DNA from: Phormidesmis sp.
Lineage (GTDB): Bacteria; Cyanobacteriota; Cyanobacteriia; Leptolyngbyales; Leptolyngbyaceae
Assembly (NCBI GenBank): GCA_965248535.1
Contig: CBDFJR010000002.1
Span: 736,001-800,000 of the forward strand
Reading direction: 5' to 3'
Length of the DNA stretch: 64,000 nucleotides
The notes under the pieces are model-generated. The model saw only the letters and a list, made by a program, of their open reading frames with translations, was not told the origin of the DNA and searched no databases. Positions 30,601 through 42,600 of this stretch are shown piece by piece (position 1 is the first letter of the stretch; each line of letters opens with the position of its first letter). The translations under genes and the position numbers were made by a program.

Positions 30601-33600
30601 GCGCAGCCGCCGGAGGTGCCGGGTCTGGAAATGTCGCCGTGGGTGCTGCCATTTCTTATAACTACATTGGTGGCGACCCTGGCAATCCGTCTCGCAGTGT
30701 TCCTAGGAATCCGGCGGCGGCGGATGTGGGCAAAGTCTTGGCCTTTATTGACAACTCAAACGTGGTTTCAGGCATCGGAAACGTCAATGTCCTGGCTACG
30801 TCTAATCCGCGCATTATTAACGCGACGGTAGGGGGTGCAGGGGCAGGCAGCGTTGCCGTGGGCGGCTCGATTTCGATTAACTTTATGCGAACGATCGTCG
30901 ATGCCGCGATTACAAACGTTAACGCTGGCAAATCAGTCAGAGCGAATGGTAGCGTTAACCTCAATGCTACAGCTACGCCACTGATGATCATTGTCGCAGG
31001 CAACGGAGCCGGAGCCGGAACCGTCGCCGCTACGATCGCGTCTGCTACTAACGATATGCGGAGCGACATCAAGGCGAGAATCGAAGGCTCAACGGTGGTC
31101 GCTACGAATGGGGGGGTGTTGGTCAACGCCGAGGTGAAGCGTCCCAGCACTCTGCCGGGTATCAATGTCAAACAAGCCTTAGATGCTCAAATTTGGGCGT
31201 TTAGCGTCAGTGGTGCCGGGGCGGGTACTGCCTCGATCGCGGGTTCCCTGTCCCTAAACTGGATTCGTAACTCAATCGATGCTCATATTTCTGGGGGGTC
31301 TATTGTTCAAGCCAACAATGGTGCGGTGACGGTGACGGCTGCCGATCGCTCAACCATTAACGCGATCGCCGGGACGGGCAGTGGATCGGGCAGCTTTTCC
31401 TTCGGCGGGTCGGTGGCTTATAACTATGTGGGTGGCGACCCAGACAGTCCGAGTTCTGCAACCAAAAACTTGATTCAAGCCTATGTGGATGCCTCTACGG
31501 TGACTGCAAAATCAGTGAAAGTGGACGCGGCTTCCACGTCGAACATTAACAATTTAGTGTTTGCAGGGTCGGGGGCCGGAGACTTTGCCTTAGCGGGGTC
31601 GATCGGACTCAACTTTATTCGCAAGACGGTAGATGCCCACATCAGTGGGGCTGGGGCTGTGACTGCTAGCGGTGATATTAATCTCAACGCGGCTGATAGC
31701 TCAACCATCAGCGTGCTTTCTGTGCAGGGGGCAGGGGCTGGCTATGTGGCGGGCGGGGTTGCCCTGGCTTACAACGATATCAGCAACACTGTCCAGTCCT
31801 ATATAGATGGGGGTCGGGTTACTTCTAGTGCAGGCAGCATTTTCTCGAATGCGACTTCTGCATCAACGATTAATTCCCTGGCGGCTGGCATTGCGGTAGC
31901 TGGGATTGCAGGTGTAGCGGGTTCTGCGGCGGCTAACCTAATCGCAAATACGGTTCAAAGCAGTATCAATAATGCTACCGTCACTGCTAACAACAATCTC
32001 TTCTTGCTGGCTGACTCTCGCAATACGATCTCTTCCATAGGCGGCACTTTGGCGGCGGGTGGTGTGGTCGGCATTGGGGGCACGGCTGTTGTCAACAAAA
32101 CAGACAACGTTACTAAAGCCTTCATCAGTGGCAACTCCAATGTGACGGCTAAGGGCAACGGAGCAGCGGCAGCGATTAAGACTTGGCTAGACAATCCAGA
32201 CGGCACTGAATCTACAGAAACAATTCAAGGTTTGGCGGTGATTGCCAACACTACCGAAACGATTAATGCAACGGCTGCAACTGCGGGTGTCGCTCCGCCC
32301 ACGGGAGTGGGAACCGTCGGCATTGGTGCCAATGTGGTCGTTAATTTGGTGAATGACACGACTGAAGCCACGATCGATAATTCCAACATCAACAGCGCGA
32401 TCGAGCTAGGCAAATTTGTCAAAGTCAAGGCCCATCAAGATACCAACATTGTTAACGCGGGTGGAGTGTTGGCAGTGGGTGATGTGGGTGTGGGGGCTGA
32501 TGTTCACACCGATGTGGTCACCAACAAAACCAGAGCTTACATTACTGACACAGTGCCTGGTAGCGATGCGACTACCCGCACGGCTGTCTATGGGGCTAGC
32601 GGAGTCGAGGTGAACGCTTTAACGCGAGAAAAAGTGCAAGCGATCGCGGTGGGCGCAGGCATCGGCACTTATGTAGGAGCGGCGGGGGCTGGCTCTGGGG
32701 TCAAGTTTGGCTCCACGACCGAGGCGTTTGTGAAAGAGTCGGCGATTACCACGGGTGGGGATCTAAAAGTCTTAGCCAACAATCGGGTCGGTCTAGACTT
32801 CTTTGTGGGGGCATTAGGCGGCAGCCTCGCCGTAGGGGCAGGTGGCTCCGTTGCTGTGGGTCTACTCAATAACACGACCAAAGCCTATCTAGAAGGTGCA
32901 GTGACCACGGCTGGCGGCTCTACTCAAGTTAAAGCCGATTCGGTTGAGAAAGTCACTACTCTGGTGGCGACAGCCGGGATAGGCGGCATTGTTGGAGTTG
33001 CAGGGGCTGTGGCTGTGGTTTCGACAGGTTCGACCACAACTGCTTACATTGGGTCAGCCTTTAAGGACGATAACAAACAAGTCTTCTCTCGCAACTCGAT
33101 CGTCGCGACAACCAGTGGCGATGTGCTTGTCCAAGCAAACAACACGACCAACATCAGCGATGGAGTCGGCAATGCCTCTATTGGAGGGGGTGTTGGCGTT
33201 AGCGCTTCGGTTGACGTGATCACCGTGAAGAACACCGTCGATGCTCATATTGGGGCAGGTTCACAGGTGACGGCAGGCGGCAGCGTTAAAGTGGAAGCGA
33301 TCGCCAATAGACAGATTGATTCCACCGTCGTCGCGTTTGGGCTGGGCGGCGGCGCGGCCATTACAGGAGCCGTCTCTGTGATCAATGTGGGTACGGGTCT
33401 TAGTAGTCAAGCTTCTTCCCAGGTTAGCGGTCTACAGTCTGCCTTAAATGGGGTGACTTCACCCAACGGCGGCATCAATGGTCTGAACACAAATTCGGGT
33501 GATACCACAGCCGCCAAACTCAAGGGGTCGGTTAACGATCCTAAGAGCAATGTTTACTTTACGGTCAGCACAGCAGCCGATCCCGTGACCACCAATACGA

Positions 33601-36600
33601 CTGCCTTTATCGGCAATGGCGCTAGCGTTACTGCCAATGGCGGCGTAACGGTTCGGGCTGATGAAACCCTCACCGTCAGCGATAAAGATGGTGGACTCGG
33701 ACAACTAGTAGGCGGGGTCTCGATCGGGTTTTTTGGTGCCAGCGCAGGCGGGTCAGTCGGCATTGTGAATGTTGGAACAACCAGTCAGGCTTACATCGAT
33801 ACGAATGCAACGGTTTCGGCAGGGGGCGACATTGCGGTTAACGCTAAGTTTACGAGTGACCTTCAAAGCCGAGCCTACGGAGGTTCAGCGTCTTTGGGTG
33901 TGGGGTTGGGTGCCCAAGTTGCGCTCATTACCGATAACAGTACACAACTGGCTTATACCGCCAACGGCAGCAGTCTTGGCAACGGCACCAAGATTCTCAA
34001 AGCGAAGACGCTAACCATCAGCGCTGACACCACTCGAACTCTGGCAACCGAGGCTAAAGGTGCTTCTATTGCGGGAGGACTGGCGGTAGGGGCTGCGATC
34101 GCGCGCTCCACGATCGGCGGTTCGACCCAGGCGTTCTTAGGAGACTATACGCAGGTTGGTTCAGGAACGCGATCGGTCAATGCAGTTTCTCTTTCTGCTA
34201 CGGCTACCAAAACAGCCCAAGCCAACGCGCTGGCAGTAGCAGGAGCACTGCTAGGCAGCGGGGTTGCTGCCCAGGGAGATGCCTTAATTGGCACAACGAC
34301 CTCGGCTTCTACAGGCATCGGGTCACAAATCTCTACAGCCGGGGATGTGAGTTTATCGGCTCAGTCTACTAACAATGCTAATGCTCAAATTAACGGACTG
34401 GCAGGCGCGATCGTTGCCGCAGGATTGCTGAATGCCAATGCGATCGTTACTCCTGCCACCACAACTGCATCAACAGGAACACAATCCACAGTGGATGCGG
34501 GGGGCAATGTTAAGTTAAACAGCAGCGCTAACAACACCTTGTTTACTCAAGCTAGAGGCGGCGCAGGAGGATTGTTAACCGTGAGCGGACAAACAGCCAC
34601 CTCTCGTCTAGAACCCGCCAAAACGCAATCTGTGATTGGCGCAGGGGGCAACGTGATTGCTCAGGGCACCCTAGAAATTAAATCGAATAGCAGTGCTGAT
34701 GTGCAATCTGACACAAGCATTCAGTCGATCGCGGGAGTGGCTATTAACCAGGTGAAATCGGTTGCTAAAATCAGTTCTGCTACCGAAGCCAGAATTGATA
34801 GTGGGGCAACAGTTCAGGCGAATAAGCTGGATCTTAAAGCCAGCGACGATCGCATCTTTGCCAGTGCCCACAGCAGTTCTGAACTCACCTTTGGCGGCGG
34901 AACCAATTCTGATGCTGAGTCGGTGGCCGATGTGAATGCTAGGGCCTTTGCTTTCCTGGGTGCCAATGCCAAAGTCACCGCACCGGAGTTAATCAGCATT
35001 GTTACCTTCCAGAACAGTGTCAAAACGGATGCAACCGCAAAAACGGCGGCTACGGCAGTGCAGGCGGCGCTGAAGTCAACGGCTAACAACAACTTGATTT
35101 CTAATGCCGATGTTGTCACCGAAAAGGGATCAACGTTAGAAACCAAGTCTCTGTTTGTGCAGGCTATTGCACCCCAATTTATTCCCGATGGCTATATCAA
35201 GAATGCAGAAACTAGAGCCACTACAGTAACTGAACTGATTACTCAAATAGTGGGTGAAACCTGTAGCGTCGTGGTCACAGTCCTTACCTTGGGATTTGTA
35301 GATGGGGATGAGGTCTGCGAACCTGTTTATGAGACAGTCCGAAAAATTTTATCTAGCCCTGTAGATTCAATCTTTTTGGGCGACAAGAAGATTGCTAACT
35401 CAGTCACCTTTAATTCAGATGTCAAAATTATTGGCGGCGGCACTCGCACCCTGACCATTGATAATCAAGGCAATGTTACCAAAGCAGATGGCGTTACGTT
35501 TACTAATAATCCTGACGAGGTGATTGTCAACGACATTCTCAATCAGGGGGTTGGAAATATTAATATTCAATCGCCCTCAGGAATCGTTACCGGACAATCT
35601 ACCTTCACGATTAACAATGCGCTTGATAGCGTTAATATCATCAATGATTCTAACAAGCGCCTAACGCTGAATAACATTGAGGTTATCAACAAAAATCAGA
35701 CGACTCCTCCAGTAGTTATTAACGCAGCAACTAATACTTTTAAGTACAAGATTGTAATGAATGCGAATGACTCGATCGTCAATGTCAGAAACAACAATCC
35801 TGCGAATGCAGATATCACCCTAAGAGGACATATTGAGAACACGCTAGGGGTCACGAAGATCTACAACAAAGGCGGTAATGTTAGTTCTTTTGGCACTCTA
35901 GCTTACCTGGAAACCAGAGAACTCGAACTGAGGGCAGATACTGGCTCTGTGGGTTCGCTAAACAATCGCATTGTCACGCGCTTGCTGGTCACGGGCAACG
36001 ATCGTAAAACTCGTATCAGCGACTTGTTTGGCAATCAAGGTGTGTTTCTCGATCTCACTGCCTTTACTCGCAGCAATGCGCCTCTGGCGGTGGAACTCAG
36101 TCAAATTGGCTCAGGCAGCGATGTTGACCTGAAGATCAATGACAGCTTGACCACCAAGATTCTGCCTGTGTCTGCGGTCACATTAAACGATGGCAGAGTG
36201 GTGTTTGGGCTGATCGAAAAACTCACCAATGTTGGGTTCGATTTGCGAGATGGCAACACGGTGACGACGATTAATCGATCGGACGTTCAGAAATTTGAGA
36301 TTCAAAATCGAATTACCAATGTCCAGTCAGACAGCGCTTACACCTTTAAGTCTGCTACGGCTGCGGGCAACATCAACATCAACGCCGGAACGGGAGGCGT
36401 GGTCAAAACTAACCTGGTTTTTGCAGGTAAGACGACGAGTTCAGCCAAAGATGTGACGATCGCGACTCTCGCGGGCAACCTGATTAGCGGCACATCCGAT
36501 CAGTTGATTGCAGGACGCACCATCAATCTGACGGCAACGAATGGCACGATCGGGGCAAGCGACAATGACCTCAAAATAGATTCGTCCAATTCGGCTCTGG

Positions 36601-39600
36601 GCTTCTTAAATGCTCTCGCCAGTCAAGATATTTTTGTAGCTGAAGCGATCGCAGCCCTGAACGTTAATCAAGTCAAATCCAACTCTGGCAAGATTCGCCT
36701 GACGGTTAAAGATTCTCAGTCCACAGGCGAAGACCTAATCCTAAACGATACTGCCAAGATTACCGCCAGCGCTGGTTCGGTGACGCTGTTGGTGGGTGAC
36801 AATGTGCAAATGGCGCAGGGTGCCACGATCGAGGCAGCGCAGTCTGTCAGCATTCGAGGTGACTACACCAATGCAGATCTGGGTGTGGGCAGCGTGATCG
36901 ATCTGAGAGGCACGATCAAAGGCAGTTCGGCTGAAGTGATTGGGGAAGCAGACAATGATACGGTCATCATTACCAATGTCACAACAGGTACTCCAACTAC
37001 AGTGCAGACTCTGGGCGGTAATGACACCATTTATATTGGTAGCAATGCTACACCCACTGCAAATGTGAATGGTAACGTTAACCGGATTAATGCCCTCCTG
37101 CAAATTGACGGCGGTGCTGGCAATGACCAACTCAAGGTTGATGATTCAGGAGATGCTCAAGACAATACGGGCATCTTGACGAGCAATAAACTCATTGGTC
37201 TGGGCATGGGCAGTCCCAATCAAACGGATGTGAATTCAAGTTTGGGCATCGGCTACAGCAATTTAGAAACTCTGGATGTTGAGTTGGGATCTGGAAACGA
37301 CACCTTCACGATCGCCAGCACCCACACCGCAGCCACGATTGTCAACACAGCAGCCGGACGAGACACCGTAACTGTGCAAACGATCGCCGGAGCTACGTTA
37401 GTCAACACGGGCAGCGAGAACGACACGATTAATGTGGGCGGCATCGGTCAAACCGTCAATGGCATCTCGGCACTGCTGACCCTCCAAGGTGGAGCGGGCA
37501 GCGACATCATTAATGTGAACGACACCGGAGACACCCAAGCCAACACAGGGGTGTTAACCAATCGCCGTATTACAGGATTGGGCATGGGCAGCCCTGACCA
37601 AAAAGTTGTCAACGCTAGCTCAGGCATTGATTACGACGGTGCAGAAGTCTTGAACATTTCCCTGGGTTCGGCGGGCGACACGTTTACCGTGCAGAGCACT
37701 CACAGCGGCGCAACCACACTGAACAGCAATGCTGGATCAGACACGATCGCGGTGCAGTCAATTTCTGGGGCAACCACGGTCAATGCTGGGGCAGATGCCG
37801 ATAGCGTTACGGTTTCGATCACGACTCCTTCTCAAGGAACGCTAGTCGTAAATGGCGGCACAGGGGACGATACTCTCAATGCTTCGGCAGCCACCCTAGG
37901 AGTTGTGCTGAATGGGGATGACGGCAATGATAGAATTTCCGGCGGGTCAGGCAACGACCTGATCGGGGGCGGCACAGGCGACGATTTTATAGACGGCAAA
38001 GCTGGCAACGACGAAATCTATGGAGATTCGACCTTCCCATCGGAGGCAATCAACCCTGCCTATAGCGGCTTTACCTTCTCAGGTGACATTCTCACTGCCC
38101 CAGCCGGGTCTCGACCCAAAGCCACGCAGCAAGTTCTGCAAGGCAACGACACGATCGCGGGCGGCGCGGGTCGAGATGTTGTTTACGGCGAAGGTGGCAA
38201 CGACAACATTGTGGGCGGCAGCTTTACAGCCGGGGTGGCTGACGGCACTGACTTTATCTTTGGGGGAGCCGGAGACGATGTAATCGCGGGAGATAATGCC
38301 AGCATCGATCCGGTGAGTCGCACGATCGTTAATCTTGACACCACAAACGGGGGCGACGACTATATCTTTGGCGACACCGGAACGTTGACGTTCTCAGCCA
38401 CGGGTGAGGTGATTCGGGCTGCCAACAGTTCTGCGGTGGGGGATGGAAACGACACGATCGCGGGCGGCATTGGGAATGATGCGCTGTTTGGTGGCTCTGG
38501 CAATGACACCCTTTCTGGAAACCTGGGTAACGATACTATCCTCGGTGACAACGGGTTCATGACCTTTGCAGCCGGAAACCTGATTCACATTGAGACGACT
38601 GAGCCAGGGGTCGGGGGCAATGACACGATCGCAGGTGATGAAGGCAATGACTTGATTTTGGGTGGCTTTGGCAATGACAGCATTTCTGGTAATGCTGGGG
38701 ATGACATTGTGTTAGGCGATAACGGTTTGATTAACAATGTCATTAGCGGCAATAGTGTCGCGCTGGATGTAATTGTTACCACTAATCCCGCGATCGGGGG
38801 TGACGATACGATTTCAGGGGGCGCAGGCAATGACATTGTTCTAGGGGGCGCAGGCAATGACACGATCGCGGGCGGCTTGGGCGATGATGTGTTGATCGGG
38901 GATGGTGGACGCATCACGTTTACAGGCGGCAAGGTCAAACTGATTGAGACGATCGATCCGGGGATTGGGGGCGACGACACGATCGACGGCAATCAAAACA
39001 ACGATGTGATTTTAGGCGGCTTTGGTAATGACTTGTTGAATGGCGGAGAAGGCGACGATAAAATCTTGGGAGACAACGGTAAACTTGACTATGGGTTTGC
39101 AGGGGACAACACAGTTGGAGTCGCTAGCGATAATGATTTATCAACCCTAGACTTCATCACCACGACGAATCCTACGTTAGGCGGAAATGATGAGATCTTT
39201 GGTGGGTTGGGGAATGACCAGATTCTAGGCGGAACCGGGGCTGACACGATCTACGGAGATAACGGTCTGCAAGAGCTTGATGCCAATTGGAGTGTTGCCG
39301 GAAAAGGTGATTTCAACGGCGACGGCAAAACCGATATTTTCTGGCGCAACTCGGCGGATGGCAGCCTCCTTCTATGGCTGATGGATGGCGTGACCGTGCT
39401 AAAAAGTGCGCTGCTGCCCTATACGATCGGGGCAGACTGGACAGCCCAGTTGGGTGATTTGAACGGCGATGGCAAAACCGATTTGTTCTGGCGCAACACG
39501 AGTGGAGCGACGGCGGTTTGGCTCTTTAACGGCACCAAATTACTAGATTCAGCCATACTGCCGTTCAATGTCGGGGCAGACTGGACAGCCCAGTTGGGTG

Positions 39601-42600
39601 ATTTGAACGGCGATGGCAAAACCGATTTGTTCTGGCGCAACACGAGTGGAGCGACAGCGGTTTGGCTCTTTAACGGCACCAAATTACTAGATTCAGCCAT
39701 ACTGCCGTTCAATGTCGGCGCGGACTGGACAGCCCAGTTGGGTGATTTGAATGGCGATGGCAAAACCGATTTGTTCTGGCGCAACACGAGTGGAGCGACG
39801 GCGGTCTGGCTCTTTAACGGCACCAAATTACTGGACTCGGCCCTGCTGCCGTTCAATGTCGGCACGGACTGGACAGCCCAGTTGGGTGATTTGAATGGCG
39901 ATGGCAAAACCGATTTGTTCTGGCGCAACACGAGTGGAGCGACGGCGGTCTGGCTCTTTAACGGCACCAAATTACTGGACTCGGCCCTGCTGCCGTTCAA
40001 TGTCGGCACGGACTGGACAGCCCAGTTGGGTGATTTGAATGGCGATGGCAAAACCGATTTGTTCTGGCGCAACACGAGTGGAGCGACGGCGGTCTGGCTC
40101 TTTAACGGCACCAAATTACTGGACTCGGCCCTGCTGCCGTTCAATGTCGGCACGGACTGGACAGCCCAGTTGGGTGATTTGAATGGCGATGGCAAAACCG
40201 ATTTGTTCTGGCATCGTCGATCGGGCGAGTCAGCCGCCTGGTTACTAGATGGCAAGACGATAGTCCAAGCCGATTCTGTGCCCGGCAGTCGTGATTTGAC
40301 CAGTCCAGCCAATGACCTGATCTTGGGCGATCACGGCAAAATTTACGAAGCCCTGCCCAGCGATCGTAACTACTTCTCGATCGACACTGCCGCAACCGAT
40401 GGCGGCGGCAACGATATCATCTACGGCGATCAGGGTGACGACATCATTCTGGGACAACAGGGCGACGATCGCATCTACGGCGGCGCTGGTGAAGATGACA
40501 TCATCGGCGGTCACAACGTGATTGGAGGCGCTGACGGAAATGACTTTATAGACGGCGGCGATCAGGCAGACGTGATTCTCGGTGATAACGGATTGATCAC
40601 CCGTCGAGCGGCGGCAACTGGCGGCTGGCAGCACTACGCGGCTCCCTTTGGCGACACGATTCGCGATGTTGTGCGCTTTGACGATATTGACGGCATCGGC
40701 GGCAACGATACGCTTTTGGGCGGCGCAGGCGACGACATTCTGCACGGACAGCGGGGTAATGACACGATCGACGGCGGCGCTGGCGACGACGAACTCTATG
40801 GAGAACTCGGCAACGACACCCTGCGCGGCGGCGACGGACAAGACACCCTGCTCGGAGATGTGGGCATCGTCACTCGTGAGTTAAACCCCAATGGCAGCCC
40901 ACGACTGAATCAAAATGGCTCCTGGCATCGCAATGTCTTGTTGACCGATGTCGGACGGCTCACAGGCACCCTCAACAGCACCACGCCTCAAGCCGGGTTC
41001 CAGACTCCCGATCTGCTGCTGATCACCGGAGCCTATAACCCCGACGGCAGCAAAGTCACTACCGCTAACGGCTGGAACACGCCAACCTATCAGGTGACCC
41101 TGTTTGCTGACGGCAATGACACCCTCGATGGCGGCGCGGGTGATGATGCGCTGTTTGGTCAACGCGGCAATGACACCCTTCAAGGCGGCAGCGGCAATGA
41201 CTATCTCGAAGGCAACACGGGCAACGATCGCATTGATGGCGGCACAGGCGACGACTGGATCGTGGGCGACGATAGTCATAATCCAGTTCCCTTTAATACT
41301 GAATCGCCGATCGTCACGCGGGGCATTCACCTGATTCAGCAAGACCCCAGCCTCAATCTCAATCTAGGGACGTATGGCACGATCGTGATTCCCAGTTTGA
41401 CGATCGCGCCTCAAATCGTCTCTGATCTGTTGCCCTCGCTAACGCTGACGCAGACCCTCAATGCCAATACTTTACCGATCGTGCCCCTAGTCGGATCGCT
41501 GCGCGGTCGCGATGGCACCGAGTTTAGACCGTTTGCCTCGGTGATTCCTGATATTGTCAATCATTTATCTCTGCTGGCAGGCAATGACCAAATTGATGGC
41601 GGCGCAGGTCAAGACACGATTATTGGCGATAACTACATCAGCGCGGTGCCGCTGCGATCGGGCATTGCCTCTCTTGATCAATCCCTCGACTCCCTAACGC
41701 TCTCGCTCAATCAGCTAAATTATGATCTCCACGATCTAGAGCTTGCCCAAGCCAGCCGCAGCGGAGCCGCACCGCAAGAACTGACGATCGGCAGTGACAC
41801 GATCAACGGCGGTGATGATAACGACTTGATCATGGGCGACAACGGACAGTTTTTAGGCCCATTAACGGTTAAATCTCCTGCTAATGCGGCGGCGGTGAAT
41901 GCGAACTTGATAGATTTGCAGCAGATTATTAGCAACTTTAGCACCACTGTAAATAACGCGCTTGCGCCATTTATTGCAACGGGAGCAGGTGCCCAGCCTT
42001 ACACCCTAGCGATCGGGAACGACACAATTAACGGCAACGGCGGCGACGACAAAATTTTAGCCGACGATGTGCTGATCTTAAATCCTGTGCTGAAGACGCT
42101 GAACTATGAGCGCGGTAGCTTCTGGAACTACAATTTTGCTCAAACTCCCACCAAAGCAGGTCGCACCAACTTCCGCAACTTTGATTTAAAACTGGGGAAC
42201 GATGTTGTTAACGGAGGAGATGGTAACGATACGATCGTCGGTGACTATAGTAATCTGATTATGCCGATCGTGGCTCAGTCGCCTCAAACTTCTAGCGATC
42301 GCACTCAACTGCAACGCAGCTTAAACCTGCTTTCTGAAGACGCTAAGACCTTTCTGCGCGATCTCTATAATGCTCGCTATGGCATTGACTACAGCAAAGA
42401 TAATCAGTCCAACACGCTGATCGCAGGCAATGACACTCTCAACGGCGACGCGGGGGCAGACTTGATATCAGGCGACAACAGCACCTTTATGTTGCCGATC
42501 GTCAATCGTCAAATCGACACCAGTTTTGACCTGACTAAGGGTTATCTCGACAACAGCAACGACTCATATAACTTCTTTCACGCCTTGCCTCATCAAGCCG

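Noticed and set aside
39428..40212. Possible CRISPR array or DGR template in the 144-bp repeats
   Set aside because: No unique spacers, repeats are in-frame coding units, and no cas or reverse transcriptase gene is present
24947..41947. Many long antisense and alternate-frame ORFs inside the giant gene (e.g. 29015-29935, 39419-40312)
   Set aside because: Shadow ORFs caused by Gly/Ala/Thr codon bias and tandem repeats; no independent protein motifs
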